From contig CBFDEM010000052.1 of the NCBI GenBank assembly GCA_965603825.1, forward strand, positions 124,001 to 188,000: DNA of 64,000 nt, read 5' to 3'. The notes beneath the pieces are model-generated. The model had not been told where the DNA came from, made no database searches, and saw only the letters and a list, made by a program, of their open reading frames with translations. Position 1 is the first letter of the stretch; each line of letters begins with the position of its first letter. A program made the position numbers and the translations under genes. This document shows positions 25,921 to 39,255 of the stretch, piece after piece. This stretch comes from Blepharisma stoltei ATCC 30299 (Eukaryota > Protista > Ciliophora).

Positions 25921-26223
25921 ATGGAAGAAGATGGAACACATACCGATAAAAAGATAATTGAAAATTTCAGCCCAGGGATTCGAGTGCCTAAATTAATGCA
26001 CCCACAATTGCAAAAAGTATTGGAAGAAATAAAAACCCCAAGCCCCTGCTTTCTTCCAAGGGATAATTTTCAACCTATATCTGGGAAAATTGTATATGCT
26101 ATCAGAAATCCTATAAATATAGTGACTCAAGATAAACCAGTCACAAAACCTCCTATAAATCTAAACCTTGTGTCAAGCGTTCTTCTGAGGAGAAGAAATA
26201 TAGCAGAAAACGTTAATAGATAA
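25921..26223 (+). CDS. Hypothetical protein
   Basis: 100-aa ATG..TAA ORF, divergent from the 25775 gene, followed by tandem TAA. Confidence 0.6.
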   Translation: MEEDGTHTDKKIIENFSPGIRVPKLMHPQLQKVLEEIKTPSPCFLPRDNFQPISGKIVYAIRNPINIVTQDKPVTKPPINLNLVSSVLLRRRNIAENVNR

Positions 26224-26286
26224 TAATAATTTGGATATAAAATTGTTCTATATATAGAAAGAGAATTTAAAAAAAAAGCTCTATAA

Positions 26287-26901
26287 TTAATCAATGAGCT
26301 GAATTTTGTCATCAATTAGCCAGAAGTCTTGTAAATCCAAGTTCAGAGTTTCTTCTCTTTTCTTTTTCTTGCTCCATCTGCTGGGATTTTTTGATACTGC
26401 ATTTTTGGGAGTTCCTTTTAGAAAGGAGTTCATAATTTTGCTATAATATCTCGATTGGCTTGGAGTTTGGTTTAATGTTTCAGAGTTTTGATAGGAATGT
26501 CGATGAAATTTTTTTGTTTGGATTTTTGGTTTAGTTCTTCTTTGTGGGGTTTGGCTTATGAATCTTTCGGTCCTAGACATCTGGTTTACTAAGCTTCTTT
26601 CTCTAGATATACTCTTAACACTCGGCTGTTTATTATATTCATCTTCTAGATAGTAGCTTGAATAGTGCATTGCTAAATTTTTGCAGGAGTCTGAAAACTT
26701 TGGCTCTAAATATTTATGCAACTCCAGCTTGGCCATTTGGTTATAAGTGATATTGAATTGTTTGACTCAATCTTCATCTTCATGAGAGATTAATTTTGCC
26801 AAAGAAAGAATTTTTGCTTGCAGCAGGTAAATTAAATTTTCAGTAAGCTTGTAATATTGTGTTTCTTGAAGACGGGTAGAAAAACCACTGTAAACTGACA
26901 T
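26287..26901 (-). CDS. Hypothetical protein
   Basis: In-frame ATG 26901 (MSVYSGFSTRLQETQYYKL..) reads through one TGA into the 149-aa ORF. Confidence 0.7.
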
Positions 26902-27096
26902 TAAGAATGGTAGCTAAATTATTATAACAAATCGCAAATAAATAGAAAAGTAATTGGCTCTTTATATAAAAATTCTTAAAGGTCTGCTAAAATATTAAGT
27001 AAATCAATAAAAGGCTTTATTTTATGAGAAAATTAATAGGGAAAACATCATAAAAACTCAAAATAAATTTAATGTAAAACCCGAAGTAAATTTAAA

Positions 27097-28377
<1,281 letters not shown>

Positions 28378-28477
28378 AATATCTAAAAAAATTATTTCCA
28401 CAACAGTTAAATTAATAATAGCCAGACAAATGATAAGTCGTCCATATTTTCTTTTTTGCTAAGCTTACTATAAACTA

Positions 28478-28930
28478 ATGTTGTTTGAAAGTTATGAAGA
28501 GCTTGAGGAGTGTTTTACATTATTTGATAGGAACCACAATGGGTACCTAGACATCCAAGAATTGAGTAATGCTTTACGTGCTATGGGACTAGATAAATCG
28601 CAAAGCCAAGTTGAAAAACTTTTGCAGTCAGTAGACCTGCATCATAGAAACGAAATAAATATAGAAGAATTCAGCCGACTTTGTGGAGTGACTAAGCCAC
28701 GACCTAAAATAACTAAGCAGCAGCTGATGAGGCGAATCGCGAAGTTTGATAAAGACAAGAATGGCTTTATCGAAGCAGGAGAACTTAGAAATCTTTTAAG
28801 GTTCAATGGCGATTCTGTAGATGAGGAGCATGTTGAGAAGATTTTAAAGGATTTTGACACAAATGGAGATGGAAAACTTAGCATTGAAGAGTTGGCGGTA
28901 GGGCTTCTAAGAAGAGTAAATAATAATTAA
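28478..28930 (+). CDS. Calmodulin-like EF-hand protein, copy 1
   Basis: EF loops DRNHNGYLDIQE, DKDKNGFIEAGE, DTNGDGKLSIEE; EF2 (DLHHRNEINIEE) degenerate. Confidence 0.92.
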   Translation: MLFESYEELEECFTLFDRNHNGYLDIQELSNALRAMGLDKSQSQVEKLLQSVDLHHRNEINIEEFSRLCGVTKPRPKITKQQLMRRIAKFDKDKNGFIEAGELRNLLRFNGDSVDEEHVEKILKDFDTNGDGKLSIEELAVGLLRRVNNN

Positions 28931-29289
28931 GTCAGTTTTTAATAAAAAACATAAATATGGAGCTATTATAAGGAATAAGCTAAGCATAACTGATGCGACT
29001 TAAAATGAATAATTTTATAAAAAATATCTATATAGAGATAATTATTCAAATAAGCAACCGTAAAGAAATTATTTAATGGAAGAGTCAGATTAAGACATTA
29101 ATAGCTCTAATCAGACTTTTCAATCACTGAAAAAGCTATCAGAAAAGTTTGGCCCTGGCTATATACTGATAAAAGCAATACCATTAAGGCAAACAAAATA
29201 ATATTTTTACAAATTTATTCGATTAATTGAAATAAAAATATCATTTAGTTCTTTTTAAAAGAAAATCAGTCTAAAATTTCCAATCAAGA

Positions 29290-29940
29290 TAGAAATGAAG
29301 CTTATATTAGGCGAATTGAGAAGTTTTTATGACTACACTTTCCTAGTTAAATAGAAAAGCTTTAAAGTGTTTTTGAAATATATGAATCAATATCTCAAGG
29401 CATAAAAAAGCAAGGATGAATTAATGGTAATCAAAACAAAAAAAGTAGCAGATGTCAAAGAAGACACTAGAAGAAAAATATGACTTGCTTGATAGAAATA
29501 TAAGATGTAAGGTTATAGAATTACAGAATAAGTTGAAGCTAAAATAATCAAAAAGGTTTTAAATTTAAAAAAACTGATTTCAAAGAAGTCTGAATTAGAT
29601 AGATGATTATTTCAATATAATTTTTAATGTATACTTATTAGAACCTGCTAATGAAATAAGAAATATTAACACTGAATGAGAATTTTTATGCTTTTATTAT
29701 ATCTTATTAAAACATAGGGAGTTATTAGTATATATTATTATATGTAATTAAGTAATTTAAAAACCTCCATGAAATGTGAAAATAATTGAGGCGATGAAAA
29801 TGGAAATTTAAAAAATCAATAAAATCGAATTGATTTATTTGGAGTTCCATTTTATGATTATGGTGAAAATTCGATACTTTATGCGATTTTTGAGCAGCTT
29901 GTGAATGGGATTTTTCTATTTTATCACAAATTTGAATTAG
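29290..29940 (+). pseudogene. Decayed relic of the array kinase
   Basis: Patchy similarity, e.g. cttgtgaatgggatttttctattttatcacaaattt vs ttaggtggatttttcttgcttcataattta. It lies downstream of the calmodulin-like gene, as the intact kinase does in the second unit. Boundaries approximate. Confidence 0.5.
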
Positions 29941-30009
29941 CAGTTATTAAAAGAGGGTATTTGATTAAAATAGAAGAAAAGATAAATGCAAGCTATAAAG
30001 GTATAAGGA

Positions 30010-30781
30010 ATTCACAAATAAAACTTGAAATGTAAGTTGGATTATCAAAACCTTCAAATAAAACAACAAAACCTTCTGGAAATCACTCAGAAATTAAGAA
30101 ATTTTGCTACAAACTGGAAGGAGGGGCAAGCTTAAATCATCATATCTAGTAAACAGAAGCTGACACTAGTAGTCTATGCAATGTAGAGATTATTTCAAAT
30201 ATAAAGCTGTTAGTGACAGTGAGAAGTCCATAAAAACATTTTCTATCTTATACCAGCAATGAAAATACTAAAAGACTCTGAAATTCCAGAATAAGAAATT
30301 GAGACTAGCAATAAGCCAAACACTAGAATTAATTCGAAAGGAAAAAAAAGAAATAAGATCCAAAAAGCAAAAACAAAACAAAATCTATTCAGAATTCCCA
30401 GAACCTCAGAAACCATATCCAAAGAAGCTTTAATATGCCACATGTATTATAAATTTCACTCCTAGAAAGCCGGAAGTCACGTTTCTATGTTTAAAGAGAT
30501 TATAACCATCTACCTTCTCTAAGCACAAAAAGGCAAAGTGCCACCATAAACAAGCCAGCACTGTTTGGGTAAAATTCTAATTAATCAATATAAAGACCAT
30601 CTAAAGATAGTAGAGAAAAGATTTCTATTAAAACAATGGAGAAAGGCATCTTTTTATCCTCACTTTTAAAAGTATTTTTTTTGAAAAAATATTTTTTCTT
30701 AAAAATATTTTTCTTGCTTTAAATTATCGTAAAAGCCTATCCAAATGCAAAATTCTATTCCTTCTGTGGAGAAAAGAAATT
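30010..30781 (+). pseudogene. Decayed copy of the ZNF474-like gene
   Basis: 30738-30780 matches 28333-28377 (tatccaaa..tgtggagaaaagaaat); 30521-30580 matches 28170-28240; no open frame. 5' boundary approximate. Confidence 0.7.
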
Positions 30782-30883
30782 AAAGCAAAAATTAAAATAT
30801 TGCCTAGAGTCAAATTAATAATAGCCAGACAAATGATTGTCGTCCATATTTTACTTCTTCATTTAAGTCTATAATTAACGTAT

Positions 30884-31330
30884 ATGTTTTTCGAGAGTTA
30901 CAAGGAGCTTGAGGACTGTTTTTCTCTATTCGATAGTAACCGCAATGGTTACCTAAATGCCGAAGAGTTAGGTCATGCCTTACGTGCAATGGGACTAAAC
31001 CCATCTCAATGTCAAGTTGAAAAAATTTTGCAGTCGGTAGACCGTTCTCATAGAAACGAGATGAGTATAGACGAATTCAGTCAGCTTTGTGGAATGTCTA
31101 GGCCACAAACGAAAATATCTAAACAGCATCTGATGAGACGAATAGCGAAGTTTGATGCAGACAAGAATGGCTTTATTGATGCGAGAGAACTTAAAAGTGT
31201 TCTAAGAGCCAACGGGGAAAGCTTAGAAGAAAACCATGTTGAAGAGATTTTAAGGGATTTTGACACGAATAGAGATGGAAAACTTAGTATTGAAGAATTA
31301 GCGGTCGGTCTCCTCGGGAGGAGCAAATAA
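30884..31330 (+). CDS. Calmodulin-like EF-hand protein, copy 2
   Basis: Colinear paralog of 28478-28930 with a conserved upstream spacer (aaattaataatagccagacaaatga). Confidence 0.92.
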   Translation: MFFESYKELEDCFSLFDSNRNGYLNAEELGHALRAMGLNPSQCQVEKILQSVDRSHRNEMSIDEFSQLCGMSRPQTKISKQHLMRRIAKFDADKNGFIDARELKSVLRANGESLEENHVEEILRDFDTNRDGKLSIEELAVGLLGRSK

Positions 31331-31612
31331 TAAGCAATCAGTATTTCTTTAAATATGGAAGTATGATAAGGACTAAGAAAGTCTATACTGCTTCATCTTT
31401 GAAAATTTATAGCTTATAAAAAATTAAATATTTATAAGGGTAATAATTTAAGCTAATAACAGCAAATAGATAGATGCCAAATACGTCTGATTGAGATCTA
31501 AAATGCTTAAAAGCTAAGGTCTAGGGATTAGAAGCAGAAAACTCAGAATCCTTTAAAGTATTTATACAATAAAATTTTAAATTTTTGATGAAAATTTTGT
31601 AGAGTCCATATA

Positions 31613-33262
31613 ATGAATAATGAAAGAGAGTGGGAATTTTTATATTTGCTTGAGCCTTATTATAAAGAGCTAGATAAAGAAAAAGAATTCAAAAGAATTA
31701 ATGAAACGCAGATAATGCCTTCTTATACAGATTATGCAGCAATTGCAGAGAAAATATCATATGAAAATTGTATCAGATTCCTTGATTTTTTAAAAATATA
31801 TGAAGTATTTTGAGAAGTCGAAAAATTTGAAGATTTTACTTTAGAAACAGCAAAGAAAGTCCTTAATTTACTAAATGATAGCCTTTTCAACGAAAGTAAA
31901 TTTTCCCCGAAGAAGCCAAAATATGCCACTTATTCATTGATAGAGAAATTTAAAATAAATATAGCTTATCAGTTCTCGAAGTCTACTAATAAAAACGAAA
32001 TTATTGATTGACTTTTAATCTCTGAAGAGATTAGAAATAGATGAAATTATATCGATATGACAGCCTTAATGAAATCAGGCTGCAACTTTTTTATGAAATA
32101 TAATGGTGAAAGAGAAATAACTGACCAAAAAATGCTGATTTTACTCAATAAATTTATAGGCAACGATAAAAATTATAGTGAACAGCTAGGAAAGAATGCT
32201 TTAAATTGATTAAAAGTTTATCATGATGAAAGATCTTGAATAACTAAAGCAATTTTGAGTGCTTTATCAAAAAACAATTACATTATTAGTAAAGGTGATA
32301 AGATGCTAACAGAAATTGAAAATAGATTAAATTATTGAAAATTTGATGCCAAAAGGAAGATAAAAATATACAGAAGAAGGATTGTCGCTTTTTTTAATAA
32401 TACTGAAAAGCAATCAAAGAGCCTTAAAATCACTAAACAATCAGAAATCTCAGAGATAAAACCATTAGTTCTTCTACCAGAAAAGCAAGTAGTAATATTT
32501 CGATGCACTTACAAAAACAAAGCAGCAGTCATAAAAGAATATCAACTAAAAGCACTTCAAAAAGAAAAAATAAAGGAGATTTCTAATGAAATAGCAAATT
32601 CAATCTATCTCAGCAAGCACAATAAAACTCGGATTTTTTTGCGTTATTATGGATTATATCTTAAAACAAATAACAGTGAGTATCACATTGGATTTTTAAT
32701 GGAAGATTGCGATTCTGATTTGCAATCTTATATAGATAATGGAGGAGATGTTTGCTTAGATGAAATGGTCGATTCCCTATTAAACGGATTTTTCTTGCTT
32801 CACAATTTAGGATTAGCCCACAATGATATCACACCAAAAAATATATTTATCCAAAAAAAGGGGACTAAAATCCAACCTAAAATCGCTGACTATGGCATTT
32901 CCTCCACATTTTCTTCAATTTCTGGAGCGTCTCTACATAAAACAGTAGCAGCTGTCAAAGGGACAAATTCATTCATGGCTCCAGAAGTCCAAGACCCATT
33001 AAATAATCGTGACTCATTTATGAAAGTAAATCGAATGAGAGCTGATGTTTTTTCCCTCGGAATGGTATTTTTATACTTAATCACTAAGCAACCACCTCCA
33101 GAAGGAAAATTAGATAGAGAAGATTACATAGAAATAGAAAAGGAGAATGTAAAAACTTCTTGGCTAAAAAATATTTTGAACTGGATGCTTCCAAGAGATC
33201 CTGAGAAAAGAAAAAAGCTCGGTGAAATAATAAAATTGAAGAAGATGCAAATTATGGATTAA
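31613..33262 (+). CDS. Atypical protein kinase, array copy 1 (549 aa; unknown N-terminal domain)
   Basis: One frame through six TGAs; AVIK, HNDITPKN, KIADYG, GTNSFMAPE, ADVFSLG; no GxGxxG. Confidence 0.9.
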
Positions 33263-33513
33263 GATAATGAAGATTTAATTTATAGTAAGTTAAATTGAAA
33301 TAATTTTTCTTTTCTTTTATCTTTAGGTTGGCTTCAATATGCAGCAATAAATTTTATCGAATCAACTTTGATGAGAAAGCAAGGCTTCGCTAATTTATTT
33401 CTTTTATATCTGATGTGCTTATAAATTTCAAGTTAGATAGATAATGCTTGAATATCAAATTTGGTGCAAGTTTATATTTTTGAGACAAATTTTATAGAAT
33501 TATAAATTATATA

Positions 33514-35187
33514 ATGAGTATTAATCCAAATTGAGAATTTTTGTCTTTGCTTGAGCCTTATTACGAAGAACTAGATAGTGAAAAAGAATTCAGAAGAGTT
33601 AATGAATCGCAGATAATGCCTTCCTTTGAAGATTATAATACAATCGTGGGGGAAATATCTTGGGATAAAATCAAAAAATTCTATGAGTTCCTGCAAATAT
33701 ATGCGATCTTTTGAGAAGTCGAAAAATTTGAAGACTTTACTTTAGAAATCGCAAAAAAAGTCCTTATATCACTAAATAATGATATTTTCAGAGAAAATCC
33801 CAAATCCAAAAAAAAATCTACTTCAAAGCAACCAAAATATGCAACTTTTTCTTTGATAGAGAAATTTAAAATAAATATTGCTTACCAAATTTCTAAATCA
33901 ACCTCAAATGACGAGATATCTGAATGGCTTTTGATTAGTGAAGATATAAGAAATAAATGGAAAGAAATTGATATGAAGTCATTGATGAAATCAGGCTGCA
34001 ACTTTTATATGAATTATAATGGGAATACAGAAATAGCTGATTCAAGAATACTGATTTTGCTCAATAAGTTCATTGGCAGAGATAAAAAATATCGACAACA
34101 TTTAGCAATCTATGCCTATAATTGGCTAGATACCCATTATGATGCAGACCATTGAACATGCAAAGCAATTTTAAGTGCTTTAAAGAACAACCCTTATAAA
34201 TTTAGCACTGTTCAAAATGAAAAAATAAAAGAAATACAAAACGCTGTCGGATATTGAAAATATGATACTAAAAATGAGATAAAACGATATCAACAAATGA
34301 TTAAAAATTGAATTAATAAAAAAGGAAATAAAGCCAAGACGTTTAATATAATTTCCAAATCTGAAATCTTGGATAAATCTGAAATTGCAAAAAATGATTC
34401 GAAAAAACTAAAAGTTTTTCGATGCAACTATAAAATATCAGAGGCTGTCTTAAAAGAATACGAAGTAGAGAATTTTGATAATAGCAAAATAAAAGGTATT
34501 TGCGAGGAAATAGCAATTTCAATTTTCTTAAGCAAAAATAATGTTACTAATATTTTTATGCATTATATTGGCTGATATTTTGAGAAAAAAGAAAATAGGT
34601 ATTGTATAGGAATTTTAATGGAAGACTGTGATAAAACCTTATATGATTATATAAATAAAGTAGATGAGACTCTATTAAATGAAATAATCGATAAGTTATT
34701 AGGTGGATTTTTCTTGCTTCATAATTTAGGATTAGCCCACAATGACATCAAGCCACAAAATATATTTATAAAAAAAATCGGGAATAAAATTCAACCTAAA
34801 ATTGCTGACTATGACATTTCCTCAGCATTTTCTTCGAATGCTGGAGCATCTGTACATAAAACAGTATCTGCAGTCCAGGGAACAGCAGCATTTATGGCTC
34901 CAGAAGTGCAAAAATTATATAAAAGAAAAGTAAAAGTTATGAAAATAAATAAATTAAGAGCTGATGTTTTTTCACTTGGGATTGTCTTTCTTTGGTTGAA
35001 AATAAAAAAGGATCCTCCAATTGGGCCAAAAGATAGAAAAGATTACATCAAACGCGAAATGAAGGATTTGGATAATCCTTGATTGGCAGAACTTTTGAAA
35101 TCAATGCTTGTTTATGATCCAAGAGAAAGAAAAAAATTTGGTGAATTAATCAAATTAAAAGAAAAAATTATGCCCAGAAGCAGCTAA
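33514..35187 (+). CDS. Atypical protein kinase, array copy 2 (557 aa)
   Basis: ATG 33514 to TAA 35185-35187 in one frame; AVLK, HNDIKPQN, KIADYD, GTAAFMAPE, ADVFSLG. Confidence 0.9.
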
Positions 35188-36876
35188 GATAATCGAAGAT
35201 TTATATGCAAAAAGATAAGTATTCATAAGCATAAAACTTCTAAACTGCCTGAATAAAAGTTTATATTCTCTCGTTTTATAAACATGATATTTTAAGTAAA
35301 TTTGATAACCCTTTTTCCAATGCAATTCTTCATATTTTCTGTATAATCTCCAACGAAATGCTTATATTGAATATCTCTCTCCTATTATTTTATATACTAT
35401 TAAATCTCCCTATTAAGTTTTGCTGAAAAGTTTACCCTCATTCTCCAAATAACTCTTTATAATATTCTTTTAGTGGCTTTCTTAAAAAATTTTGTTAAAA
35501 TTTTATTCCCTTATTATTATTATGATAGGCTCTTTTTTAATTTTTGTAGAGACATAAGAAATTATCGATTTCCAGTGATGCCAGGCTATAAAAATACAAA
35601 AAATATATTAATGGAAGGACTTAATCTTATTTAGAAGTTTAAAAAGTTCCCTATAAATTTTTGTCTGTTTAGCAGCTAGCTAAGTTCTGCAATTTTTGTG
35701 CTGCGATTCTCCTTCTGTCGTGCTGTTAGCTAGCACACTACTATGTAGCAAAGTGGATTGGCCACTATTTTGCGAATTAGGCTAAAAAATCCAATTTCTA
35801 GTTCCTTTAAGCTTAAATTTTCCTTTATAATAGTCTTGTAAAAATGCTCTAAAAAGTCGATTGTGAGACAAGTACTCTAGAATTGCCATCCGCAAAAAAT
35901 CAACTGTATAAAATCAGCCAACATCATAAGGCTTTCCCTGCAGTTAGTGCTCTATGCTGAGACAGCTCGATGGGTTAGTTGCGTAGAATTTTATTTATAT
36001 TATTATAAGAACACTTGCCAGAATGTGAAATACACTCCTTTATTCTTTATTGACGAACCCAAGATAAAAATTTCATGCTAACTATCAAAATGAAGTTATA
36101 TTGATGAAATGACTAAATGGATTATTATTACCGAAGAGATAAGAAGGAAATGAAAATCAATTGATATTAATTGTGACAAAAAATACCCTGTTAGATTTAT
36201 TTATGCTTTTTTTTTACAGCTAAAAATGATTAAAAATTCAAATCGTTTTTATTATTCTGCATAATTTATGTGGCAATAAGCCTGAAAACAATCTAGTTGT
36301 AAAAAAGGGGGGAAATTGCTAAAAATGGCAAACTATTATATTTCATCTATGATTTCTTAATCTGCAGCAGTATTTTCTATAATACCTCAATCCAGTATGC
36401 AAGGGAATTATAATTTCGCAGCACCTGAGATAGTAATTTTCTAGATGCTAAAATATATAAAGCGAAATAAATAGAATGGGGGCTGGGGTTGGCTCTGATT
36501 AGACATCTGTATGACCTTCTGAAGGAGTTATAGAATAGATTATGCAAGAGCTAAATGAAAAATGTTAAAATTGAAAAAAATTATTGACGAAAATGGCTAG
36601 GAGTAATCCCAGAAAAACACTTAGATTTGAGGGCTGATTAAATTTAAAAAGCTAATACGAGCTTGATGATTCTATTTCTTGATTATATAATTTTTGATAG
36701 AAAAAAGTGTTTCTGCTACATTAATAGGTCGGGATACAGAATATGAATCTAAGTTATACTGAAATTGCTATTAAAGACAATAAGACTTCATTATGCATTT
36801 TATTTCATTATTATGTACAAAGCACCAGAAATGTTTGAATATTTAGACTAAATATAATTAACATTAATACTCTACT
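35185..36876 (+). repeat. Tandem segmental duplication, unit 1 (about 1.7 kb)
   Basis: Begins taagataatcgaagattt; colinear and highly similar to 36877-38385 plus 39024-39245. Confidence 0.92.
36037..36655 (+). pseudogene. Internally deleted kinase relic in repeat unit 1
   Basis: DEMTKWIIITEEIRRK(W)KSID at 36103 (compare DEISEWLLISEDIRNKWKEID), QGNYNFAAPE at 36400, C-terminal relic; frames broken. Confidence 0.75.
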
Positions 36877-37744
36877 TAAGATAATCGAAGATTTAAATGC
36901 AAAAAGTTAAGTATTCATAAGCATAAAACTTCTAAACTGCATGAATAAAAGTATATATTCTCGTCTTATAAACATGATATTTTAAGTAAATTTGATAACC
37001 CCATTTGTCCAATGCAATTCTTCATATTTTCTGTATAATCTCCAACGAAAATGCTTATCATTTTTATTAATTGAGTATCTCTCCCCCTATTATTTTATAT
37101 ACTATTAAATCTCCCTATTAAGTTTTGCTAAAAGTTCACCATCATTCTCCAAATAACTCCAAATAATATTCTTTTAGTGACTTCCTTAAAAAATTTTGTT
37201 AAAATTTTTATTCCCTTACTATTATAGATAGGTGTTTTTTAAATTTTTGTAGAGACATAAGAAATTATGAATTTCCCGTAATTCCAGGTTATAAAGAATA
37301 CAAAAGATATGTTCATTGAAGGACTTAATCTTAATTAGAAGTTTAAGAAGTCCCTATAAGCTTTTGATGCTCCTTTATCTTTTTTACTGTTCTGCAATTT
37401 TTGTGCTGCGATTCTCCTTCAGTCTTGCTGTTAGCTAGCACACTACTATGCAGCAAAGTGGATTGGCCACTATTTTGCGAATTAAGCTAAAGACTCCAAT
37501 TTCTATTCCTTTAAGCTAAATTTTCCTTTATAATAGTCTTGTAAAAATGCTCTAAAAAGTCGATTGTGACTCAAGCATTCTAGAGTTGCTATCAGCAAAA
37601 AATCAACTGTATAAAATCAGCCAACATCATAAGGCTTTTCCCTACCGTTCGTGCTAAGGCCGAGACAGCTCTGTGGGCTAGTTGCGTAACATTTTATTTA
37701 TATTATTAGAAGGACACTACACTTACCAGAATATGAAACGCACT

Positions 37745-38383
37745 CCTTTATTCTTTATTGAGGAATCAAAAGATAAAATTTCATGCTAACTATCAAAATG
37801 AAGTTATGTTGATGAAATGACTAAATGGATTATTATTGCCGAAGAGATAAGGAGGAAATGAAAATCAATTGATATGAATTTTGATGAAAAATACCCTGTT
37901 AGATTTTCTTATGCTTTTTTTTGCAACCAAAAATGATTAAAAATTCAAATCGTTTTTATTATGCTGCATCATTTACAATGACAATGAGCCTGAAAACAAT
38001 CTAGTTGTAAAAATGGGGGGAAATTGCTAAAAATAGCAAACTATTATATTTCATCTATGATTTCTTAATCTGCAGCAGCATTTTCTATAATACCTCAATC
38101 CAGTATGAATGGATCATAATTTCGCAGCTCCCTGAGATACGAAAATTTCTAGATGCCAAAATATATAAATCGAAAATAAATAGAATGAGGACTGATACAT
38201 TTCTATTGGTTGACTCTGCTCTGATTAAACATCTGTGCGGCCTCCTGAAGGAGTGATAGAAAAGACTATGCAAGAGCTGAAATGAAAAATGTTAAAATTG
38301 GAAAAAATTATTGACGAAAATGGCTAGGAGTAATCCCAGAAAAACACTTAAGATTTGAGGGATAATTAAATTTAAAAAGCTAA
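37745..38383 (+). pseudogene. Internally deleted kinase relic in repeat unit 2
   Basis: Duplicate of 36037-36655 (gatgaaatgactaaatgg at 37811). Confidence 0.75.
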
Positions 38384-38431
38384 TATGCTATTGATTTCTG
38401 ATCACTTTGAGAAATTTAGGGCTATTTATTT

Positions 38432-38809
38432 TTACTTCTTCTGCAGAAGGGTATTCATTTGCAATCTTATTCTATTATTTTGTACAAAGTTGTAATATTT
38501 GCTGACATCTCTTATATATCTTTCTCCAATATGCAAAGATGTTAAATTCTGAAGTTTAAAAAGGCTTTCTAAGTCAGAATCGTGCAAATTATTGCCAGTA
38601 AATGCTAATCCTGTTATTTTATGCCCATATTGTTCTGCCAACAAATCAAATGCCCTTTTAGTTAGATGACAGTCTTCTATTTTAATTTTGGTTATTATAG
38701 AATCAGTCTCAATCATATAATTTATCATTTCTCGTAATTCATCTTCTGACTTGAATTTTAGTACAATAATATCGCGCGGCATAGAGATTACTCCTCGACG
38801 AGGTGCCAT
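38432..38809 (-). CDS. Small leucine-rich-repeat protein
   Basis: 125-aa ATG..TAA ORF with LRR-like units ITKIKIEDCHL, ITGLAFTGNNL, LQNLTSLHIG. Confidence 0.7.
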   Translation of the reverse strand: MAPRRGVISMPRDIIVLKFKSEDELREMINYMIETDSIITKIKIEDCHLTKRAFDLLAEQYGHKITGLAFTGNNLHDSDLESLFKLQNLTSLHIGERYIRDVSKYYNFVQNNRIRLQMNTLLQKK

Positions 38810-39255
38810 TTACTATAAATTACTTATATATTGCATAATCTGCTGCATCAATTTTTATTTTTAAGTATTATTGCAATTTATTTCTGTTTATTCTGTGTTT
38901 GATGTGATCAGCCTTTTAAGCATAAGTTAGTCGCATGTTGGCATTCTTCTGCAATTTCATCTCTTTAGTAAATAATTAATAATCAAGCCAACTTTCATGA
39001 CTTAGTTTACACTTTACCTAATAGATTTGATGATTTTGTTTCTTGATTATATAATATTGATAGAAAAAAGTGTTTTCTGTTGCATTAATAGGTCGGGATA
39101 CAGTGCTATGAATCTGTGCAATACAGAAATTCCCCTTAAAGTCGATAAGACTTCATTATGGATGTTATCTCATTATTATGTATAAGCACTAGAAATGTTT
39201 GAATATTAGAACTAAAATATAATTGGCATAAATAGCTGTTCTTAATAATTATAGA

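Larger units (their letters stand above)
36877..39245 (+). repeat. Tandem segmental duplication, unit 2, with an extra 638-bp segment
   Basis: Matches unit 1 except for 38386-39023. Confidence 0.9.

Noticed and set aside
35185-39245. Direct repeats as LTRs or transposon ends
   Set aside because: The units are adjacent, contain host kinase relics, and no transposase or reverse transcriptase ORF is present.
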